Notes under the pieces: model-generated
What the model was told of the DNA's origin: nothing
What the model saw: the letters and a program-made list of their open reading frames with translations, nothing else
Database searches by the model: none
Origin: Prosthecobacter debontii
Lineage (GTDB): Bacteria > Verrucomicrobiota > Verrucomicrobiia > Verrucomicrobiales > Verrucomicrobiaceae
Length of the DNA stretch: 64,000 bases
NCBI GenBank assembly: GCA_945869675.1
Contig: CAMBPS010000001.1
Span: forward strand, 23,576-87,575
Direction: 5' to 3'
Translations under genes and position numbers: made by a program
Shown here: positions 59,501 to 64,000 of the stretch, piece by piece
Numbering within the stretch: the first letter of the stretch is position 1
How the letters are laid out: the number at the start of each line of letters is the position of its first letter

Positions 59501-60066
59501 CAACCACTACGCGCAGCTATCGCGCTGGTTTTGGCTTATCTGGCACACCTGTTCCCACTCCAATCGAATTGGAAGCTTTTGGCGGGCGCTATGTGCCACC
59601 AACCACACTTTTGAAAATCAGTGGCGCACCCGCTGCGACGCCGATCCCAACCACGGCAAATGCTAAAGTGGTCTTAACGCAAGGTGGTCTCACTTCTAAT
59701 TTCCCATCTGGGCCCAGTGCATCATTGAATCCTGATCTAGATGTAGCTGTAACTGCCACCAATACGATTGTTGTCGTCGCTAGCAATCAGGCAAAGACGG
59801 GTATCACTCCCAACCGCACGACTGGGGCCATCTCAGGCAAGTTCTCTCTCTCAGATCCAAATGCGAGAACGGTGGCTCCACTAACGCCGAACCCAATTTT
59901 GCGTGCAGTCACCTTCCAGGGACTCATTGTTCCAAATAACGTGGCAAATACCCATGAAGGAGTGGGGTATTTCATGCTGCCGCAACTTCCTACAGCCGAC
60001 AATGCCACCTTGGTCACGACGACACCGATTCTCTCTGGCAAGATGGTCTTCAAGAAGCTGCCATGA
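53557..60066 (+). CDS. 2169-aa secreted/surface protein: NHL propeller, ELWxxDGT-repeat propellers, Ig-like domains and an uncharacterised C-terminal beta-rich domain
   Basis: Signal peptide; six ADTGNHxIR NHL repeats; about 18 ELW-type repeats; LTIKNSG..L Ig-like, LQWRRNG/YQWK Ig and LPAGLKIDAKTGIISG (He_PIG-like) modules. Confidence 0.9.
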   Translation: MKILPPFILMICFSLQLSMICGWSQDVQTIKDVNKTSLEPSLTDNEDMVAVGNRLYLATDDEVVGSELWSMNVAGKLNSPQGLFLNSAGNVFIADTGNHTVREFNVAAGSITTRLGQAGRSGFANRIGLATVLSSPKAIAFDSSGNYFVADTVNHVIRKVTPAGIVSVFAGTAGQSGSDNGSANTRFNSPEGIGIDGGGNIFVADTGNHLIRKITSAGVVSTFAGGAGVVGSTDDSGTAARFSSPRGIAVRSSSGEVFVADTGNHTIRRISGAGAVTTLAGAAGASGVADGTGSVARFSNPETLALGGGSNLFVADTGNHTIRQLVTTTGVVTTLAGSAGASGYLNATGTSARFNAPAGIAADGLNNVYVADTQNHVLRKVTSAGVTTTIVGVPNNLGGDDGVANSAALALTPSVVKDILPGSQGSEPKSLIAVSSATIPGSLFFTAKDAEGNIDLWNSDGTASGTKMVQDIPYDLGQGPEKLTSVNGNLYFEGFDNTNGKELWRTKRTSGGVLDGAVLALNLNAGSQGSEIDNLVSFNSSSLILTATRGATFGSELFNIPSTGSIPTDPGLGVPPATFEGAPWSFRDLRVFGGKLCFVATGINSDGDPVGTELFSADVAFKELSLVEDIVIDAASSDPTQLTISGSPTSGTLFFVATTVNEGPELWSTNTALDADNTSLVKDIYSGSDSSNIENLTPIVVLSGTAPSNRVIFTATDGSVTGKELWQSDGTADGTLLLKDMTPAETNGGNSVLSNFVNLGPNLVVFTQEVNGQLILWRTDGTTNGTVEIEDFVIEPGRDDEPVGTAVAFRKPTVIGNTLYFMLGDDQLWKTTGASDATTVRVQRFRQATAGSGSRNFIQLADGRVAFSSFSGAQGREPWITDGTDNGTALLDNIASGTESSNPTNFTSGSSGRFFFTASPTGTTSELYVVNGNTVEMLKKINDSGDSSVTDLYWNPNTSLTQALSIDPTLYFSANDSSVSTPNKELWKSSGVVGNAVKVKEINTNLESSSDPNGFTAIGTTVYFAATGPNLGRELYKTNGTEAGTVQVKDINNGGTNSSNPKEFVVGPGNKLFFVATGRSINDAIQNTGREIWVSDGTDLGTKALKNINPLEGDAIDDTAFTDLTPKAYLTVVGNLLYFVADDGTHGKELWQSSGSEAGTKMVKDLNTVEFTGSNPTELRNVNGKLFFLADDGINGRELWTLGTTGPIMVSTGSRTGLVTGAGSANIQHLTVVNDVVAFAANDELLGREIWMSNGTTAGTRILSDFLPGGNSSNPSSLFAFKANLIFSAADAALGDEPRLAFVAPKISIEYPTTVSLPSDGSAQVDFTPNPVPPVVFGQSSTLSLTIKNSGINNLRNVTALISGLHAAEFTVTTKPPTTIANTETPRVVVTFKPKEGGERVAKLTVLSSDPDIPSFVIHLSADCSKETTVIAQPAFAHFVKVGTPVTLSASAVSATPKPLVLQWRRNGTAALGAVTNPLLLNAALTNAGIYTAQFINSTPATLPGTGTSDPAHLAVVEDFSPARIQAIRQGAATSTTIIEVKAASSATTLPLRYQWKRSADSNLTNPELLVNSTPSAVTKFKNVTTAKLTITGAAAADSGYYFCEVTEFDFDGIPANDRVLIGGTTELRVFTAPPAVTPVQTLPIGVVGVNYFYQISVDADPTKAPTTFTAKTLPAGLKIDAKTGIISGVPTKASVTNLLIAATNGVLPNPAGVSVTLTIVDVPTGLDGTYTGLIDREPNLNENLGGRIDLTVTKATGAFSGSLTMGVLNHKFTGWLGFGISSSPTPSAIPPYTAIVTVSRGLILAPLTLTFTIDDSAKNLLSGQVTASTATGTVTATVSGWKQIRKATPTGDSAFAYAGLYNFGIQLPAQVNSAANPNIANPIVPQGNGYGSFTVAAAGTLTMAGRTSDGETLTGGTFVGPTGQVLFLQNLYATSRRGSIHGLLQLDTGLSSDLADTADNTLTSTRLDWVRPANPAAVSATTTTRSYRAGFGLSGTPVPTPIELEAFGGRYVPPTTLLKISGAPAATPIPTTANAKVVLTQGGLTSNFPSGPSASLNPDLDVAVTATNTIVVVASNQAKTGITPNRTTGAISGKFSLSDPNARTVAPLTPNPILRAVTFQGLIVPNNVANTHEGVGYFMLPQLPTADNATLVTTTPILSGKMVFKKLP
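53770..54780 (+). repeat. Six NHL repeats (protein-level)
   Basis: Six copies of [FL]xxPxG[IL]..D..GN.[FY]VADT.NH.IR at about 56-aa spacing. Confidence 0.85.
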
Positions 60067-60229
60067 TCGCGTGCAGGGTTGATCGATCCTTGTTCTATGA
60101 TGATGGTCTGTTCCTGCCTATGGTTTGTCGTGATTTTGACCAAGATCGACCACTGGAGTCTCGCCATCCCATGGATTGCCTATCCATTCTGGATGTTTTC
60201 GGTCTCTAGCAGTCGTGATTTTCGCACTC

Positions 60230-60643
60230 ATGCTGACGGATCCTAGCGCTCGTTATTTGCTGCTTTTTGATGGCGTCTGTCATCTATGCGCAGCTTCGGT
60301 TCAGTTTGTGTTGCGGCATGATCAGAGTCGCCTCATTCACTTCTGTTCCATCCAGTCAGAGCACGGATCTAAGCTGTATCGTGAGCAGGGGCTAGATCCT
60401 GCTAAGCCGCAGTCCATGCTCTTTATTACTCCACAAGGGGTCTATTCAAAAAGTGACGCAGCACTTAAGCTCGCTGAAGTCATGGGGGGCACTGTGTCTT
60501 GGTTAAGCTTTCTGAAAGTCATTCCTCGTTACCTGCGCGATTTTGCATACACCTTCATTGCTACGAATCGCTACCGTCTATTTGGCAAAGCAGATCAATG
60601 CTGGCTGCCGCGTCCAGAATGGAAAGCGCGTTTTCTATCGTGA
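60230..60643 (+). CDS. DCC1-like thiol-disulfide oxidoreductase (DUF393/YuxK)
   Basis: LLFDGVCHLC (DxxCxxC), SIQS, RDFAYTFIATNRYRLFG; likely start ATG 60230. Confidence 0.92.
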   Translation: MLTDPSARYLLLFDGVCHLCAASVQFVLRHDQSRLIHFCSIQSEHGSKLYREQGLDPAKPQSMLFITPQGVYSKSDAALKLAEVMGGTVSWLSFLKVIPRYLRDFAYTFIATNRYRLFGKADQCWLPRPEWKARFLS

Positions 60644-60738
60644 GGGGCTAAGCCCTGCGACTCCTACTACCTCACATCAGTTCTAGCAGGATGGTCCAAC
60701 GGAGTGGTTTAAGCTAAAGCTTCTGGGTGTCGTGAACA

Positions 60739-60754
60739 AAAACGTGCACGTTTT
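60739..60754. promoter_or_regulatory. Perfect 16-bp palindrome upstream of the Lrp/AsnC gene
   Basis: AAAACGTGCACGTTTT, 27 nt before ATG 60782. Confidence 0.45.
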
Positions 60755-60781
60755 CAGAAGTGTGCGTAAACTATGATCCCC

Positions 60782-61261
60782 ATGGATCCACTGATTCAAC
60801 TCCTCACTCTCAATTCCAACCGCTCTACGGCTGAGCTTGCTGGTATCCTTAGCCTTTCGGAAGACGAAGTTCGTCGTCGTATCGCCGCGGCGGAGGCAGA
60901 TGGCACGATTCTGGGATACAACGCTGTGGTGGATCGTCAAAAGGCCGGTCAGAGTGGCGTCACGGCTCTTGTTGAAGTCCGAATCACGCCTGAGCGTGAA
61001 GGTGGCTTTGATCGTCTCGCCAAACGAATTGCTAAATTTGACCAAGTGCGTGAATGCTTTCTCATGAGCGGTGGTTATGACCTTGCCATCTTGGTGGAGG
61101 GCAAAGACCTGCTCGATGTGGCAAACTTTATTGCTGAAAAACTCAGCACTCTCGGTGGGGTGCTTTCCACCGCCACACATTTCCAGCTGAAAGCCTACAA
61201 GCAGGCGGGTTTCCTTGTCAATGCAGCCACTGACGAAGAACGTCTGCCTGTGAGCCCCTAG
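60782..61261 (+). CDS. Lrp/AsnC family transcriptional regulator (YugG/AlaR-like)
   Basis: N-terminal HTH (STAELAGILSLSEDEV), C-terminal RAM domain (LMSGGYDL, STATHFQLKAYK). Confidence 0.92.
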   Translation: MDPLIQLLTLNSNRSTAELAGILSLSEDEVRRRIAAAEADGTILGYNAVVDRQKAGQSGVTALVEVRITPEREGGFDRLAKRIAKFDQVRECFLMSGGYDLAILVEGKDLLDVANFIAEKLSTLGGVLSTATHFQLKAYKQAGFLVNAATDEERLPVSP

Positions 61262-61291
61262 TCCCTGAGTCACCGTTTTTTGCCCAATCAC

Positions 61292-62464
61292 ATGGACTAT
61301 CACAACAAACTTTGCACCCAGATTCGCGACCTTCCACGATCTGGTATCCGCGATTTCTTTGAGCTCGTCATTGGTCGTAGCGACGTCATTTCGCTCGGTG
61401 TCGGCGAGCCCGACAAATCCACTCCCTGGCCAATCCGTGAAGCCGTCATTCGCTCTTTGGAAAAAGGACAGACCAGCTACACTTCCAATCTTGGCCTTGA
61501 GCCGCTGCGTGTGCTCATCAGTGAGTATGTGGAGAAGCAATTCCGCGTCACCTACGACCCTAAAACGGAGATTCTTGTCACCGTCGGAGTTTCTGAAGCG
61601 CTCGACATTGCATTCCGGGCTGTTTTGAACCCTGGTGACGAAGTCATCTATCACGAACCCTGTTACGTCTCTTATTCACCTAGTATCAAAATGGCCTATG
61701 GTGTGCCTGTGGTCGTCGAGACGCGGGAGGAAAATCAGTTCGCCCTCATGGCTGCTGATGTGGAGAAAGCCATCACGCCGAAGACCAAAATCATCGCACT
61801 GAATTTTCCCACCAATCCGACTGGAGGCATCATGCCGCCGGAGGAACTGGAAAAGATTGCCGCACTTGCGGTGAAGCATGATTTGTTTGTCTTCACCGAT
61901 GAAATTTACTGCGAGTTACTGTATGACAATCGCCAACACAAAAGCATCGTCGAGTATCCTAGCATGAGGGAGCGTACGGTGCTGCTGCACGGTTTCAGCA
62001 AAGCTTTCGCGATGACAGGTTGGCGGCTTGGTTACGCCTGTGCCCCAGCTCCGCTGCGTGAGGCTATGATGAAAGTGCATCAATACTGCATGCTTTGTGC
62101 CCCGATCATGAGTCAGATTGCAGGCATTGAAGCTCTTAAAATGGGCGCTTCAGCCTATGAAGAAATGCGTCAAAGCTACGAAATGCGCCGAAACATCATC
62201 GTCAGTCGTCTCAATGGCATGGGACTGCATTGCTTCAATCCAGGTGGCGCTTTCTATGCTTTCCCGGAGATTCGCAGCACCGGTCTGACGAGCAAGGAAT
62301 TCGCCCTCGGACTACTAGAGAAAAAGAGCGTGGCCGTCGTGCCCGGAAATGCCTTTGGTGCTGCCGGGGAAGGCTTTGTACGTTGCTGTTACGCCACGGC
62401 TCCTGACTTAATCGTCAAGGCCATGGATCTGATGGAAGAGTTCGTGAACGAAGTGAGGAAGTGA
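61292..62464 (+). CDS. Class I/II PLP-dependent aminotransferase (YugH/AlaT-like)
   Basis: SLGVGEPD, NFPTNPTG, TDEIY, GFSKAFAMTGWRLG (PLP Lys), VVPGNAFG. Confidence 0.95.
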   Translation: MDYHNKLCTQIRDLPRSGIRDFFELVIGRSDVISLGVGEPDKSTPWPIREAVIRSLEKGQTSYTSNLGLEPLRVLISEYVEKQFRVTYDPKTEILVTVGVSEALDIAFRAVLNPGDEVIYHEPCYVSYSPSIKMAYGVPVVVETREENQFALMAADVEKAITPKTKIIALNFPTNPTGGIMPPEELEKIAALAVKHDLFVFTDEIYCELLYDNRQHKSIVEYPSMRERTVLLHGFSKAFAMTGWRLGYACAPAPLREAMMKVHQYCMLCAPIMSQIAGIEALKMGASAYEEMRQSYEMRRNIIVSRLNGMGLHCFNPGGAFYAFPEIRSTGLTSKEFALGLLEKKSVAVVPGNAFGAAGEGFVRCCYATAPDLIVKAMDLMEEFVNEVRK

Positions 62465-62468
62465 TTCC

Positions 62469-62834
62469 TTATTTCGCCACGTAATCGAAGACGCAGACTT
62501 TATCCAAGGTCGGCTTTAAGACGCTCACAAATTCAGCGTGGGCTGGGTGTGGTAGATACACATCCAGTCCGGCCTTATCGGCAAAGGTCACCAGGAAGCA
62601 GTGAGTGAAGCCATCATTTTTGCCTTCAGGGCTCACATTGTTACCCCACTCGAAGCCTTTGACTGTTTCCACCTTCTTGGCCAACTCGATGAAGGCTTTC
62701 TCCACGCCCTGCACTTGTTCAGGGGTGGCGGAGTCTTTGAATTTAAACAAAACAACGTGGCGGTAAGGTGCGTCAGCAGCAGGTGCGGTGGTCATAAGAA
62801 GGATAAAAGTAGTGAGAAAGAGCAGGGTTTTCAT
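62469..62834 (-). CDS. Dabb (stress-responsive A/B barrel) protein with signal peptide
   Basis: MKTLLFL start at 62834; RHVVLFKFK, GFTHCF, YLPHPAH. Confidence 0.9.
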   Translation of the reverse strand: MKTLLFLTTFILLMTTAPAADAPYRHVVLFKFKDSATPEQVQGVEKAFIELAKKVETVKGFEWGNNVSPEGKNDGFTHCFLVTFADKAGLDVYLPHPAHAEFVSVLKPTLDKVCVFDYVAK

Positions 62835-62919
62835 AAGGAATGGTGAGCCATTGACACTCGTCCAGCCAAGTTTTACAAACAAGTAGGAAAACGCGCGCTT
62901 GATCCAGCGCTGCTTTGCC

Positions 62920-63615
62920 TCAGAAATCTTGCGTAACTGCCGCACTGCCAGCACTCCACCATTTAGAGAGTCGGCCTTCTGGCACACCAGGAATCTGATC
63001 GTGATCGTAATGCGAGGTGTCGTTAAACAGGGTTAGACGTGCGCGGACAGGGCTTTTAAAGTCAACAATGTTCAAAGCCGCCGGATTCTGATCCAGATTA
63101 TCTCGGTAACGACGCGGATCAAAGCCGAGTAAGGAGCTGAGTAGCAGGCGGATGGTCGCCTTATGCGAGATTACGGCAACTGTCTGACTTGGATGCGCGC
63201 GCACGATGTCCATCAGCACTGGTAAAGAGCGTGCTGTGACGGCCAGTCCGCTCTCGCCCCCCTGAGGCGCGAAGGTGTAGGGGTCTTCTTCCCAAGCGGC
63301 AGCTTCCTCGGGGAAAAGTTCATCCACTTCAGCACGCGTGTGCTGCTCCCAGCGGCCATGGGAGATTTCTTTGAGTCCATCTCTGGGCAGGATTTGCAGC
63401 CCGTGAGGTGCGGCCAGAATACGCGCCGTTTCCATGGTCCGGTCCAGAGGGGAAGCATAGATCGCGGCAATCTTTTCTCCCGCAAGGCGTTCAGACAGTT
63501 TGCCTGCCTGACGTCGACCTTCATCAGAAAGCGCCACGTTAGTAGCCCCCGCAAAGCGATCCTCAGCAGTCAAAACGGTGGCTCCATGGCGGATGAGAAA
63601 AAGACGGGTGGTCAT
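62920..63615 (-). CDS. Histidine phosphatase family protein (GpmB/CobC-like)
   Basis: LIRHG, YASPLDRT, EISHGRWE, VISHKA. Confidence 0.93.
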   Translation of the reverse strand: MTTRLFLIRHGATVLTAEDRFAGATNVALSDEGRRQAGKLSERLAGEKIAAIYASPLDRTMETARILAAPHGLQILPRDGLKEISHGRWEQHTRAEVDELFPEEAAAWEEDPYTFAPQGGESGLAVTARSLPVLMDIVRAHPSQTVAVISHKATIRLLLSSLLGFDPRRYRDNLDQNPAALNIVDFKSPVRARLTLFNDTSHYDHDQIPGVPEGRLSKWWSAGSAAVTQDF

Positions 63616-63763
63616 GTCGGCAATGTGGGAGTCAAAGCTTTAGGTGCAAGCGCTTCAAATACTTTTGAAGGAACAGTGTCAGGGCTGGCACGCTGCCTGC
63701 GACATTTAGGCCATTCCCCCATTGAATCTACGCGATCCGTCCGCATTCATCTCATTCACCACC

Positions 63764-64000
63764 ATGCCCACCATCCAGCCACGCCGCGCAGGCATTCTTG
63801 TTCCTGTTTTTGCCATACGCACAGACGACGATCTAGGAATCGGTGATACGGGAGGTGTTTGTGAGATGATCGATTGGGCTGCTGAAACCGGCTTGGGGTT
63901 CCTGCAATTTCTGCCCATCAATGCGACTGGCGGCGACAGTAGTCCTTACAATGCCATCAGCTCCATTGCTTTGGATTACCTCACCCTAGAGATCACCCCC
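63764..64000 (+). CDS. malQ: 4-alpha-glucanotransferase, N-terminal 79 codons (runs off the window; absent from the ORF track)
   Basis: Hand translation: MPTIQPRRAGILVPVFAIRTDDDLGIGD...FLQFLPINATGGDSSPYNAISSIALDYL. Confidence 0.88.
   Translation, partial: MPTIQPRRAGILVPVFAIRTDDDLGIGDTGGVCEMIDWAAETGLGFLQFLPINATGGDSSPYNAISSIALDYLTLEITP

Overview
A 64-kb, mostly core-genome bacterial window. Gene content and protein style suggest Verrucomicrobiota, probably Verrucomicrobiaceae/Prosthecobacter-like (inference). In order: the 3' part of tex; a 14.5-kb respiratory cluster (actE-actF without actABCD, a small membrane protein, a CcoN-like protein lacking most catalytic ligands, a CcoO-like cytochrome, a cytochrome c, a cupredoxin-like lipoprotein, A-family oxidase subunits I-III-IV, two small membrane ORFs, subunit II, ctaA, ctaB, sco, DUF420); rplU-rpmA; a pseudouridine synthase; addB/addA-like genes; a minus-strand run (PHP-like metallohydrolase, purU, rlmN, HerA-like ATPase, DUF1080, a polyvalent-type kinase with a coupled 51-aa upstream ORF, SDR, YeiH); tyrS; a low-GC patch with a truncated delta-60 repeat gene; an HGSNAT-like gene; tgt-yajC-secDF; accB-accC; a two-component pair; M42 peptidase; PQQ-propeller protein; a membrane pseudokinase; leuB; a 2169-aa NHL/ELWxxDGT/Ig surface protein; DCC oxidoreductase; Lrp plus aminotransferase; Dabb; a His-phosphatase; and the start of malQ. 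I saw no rRNA, tRNA, CRISPR array or transposase. The respiratory locus is the most striking part. Its cbb3-like subunit I has lost both helix-X heme histidines, one CuB histidine and the cross-linking tyrosine. Its A-family subunit I lacks the K-channel lysine, while subunit II has an extra intramembrane Glu. Subunit III carries a ~270-aa insertion, and a perfect Rex/CRP-type palindrome precedes the cluster. All alignments were done by eye against remembered reference motifs; no database search was run.
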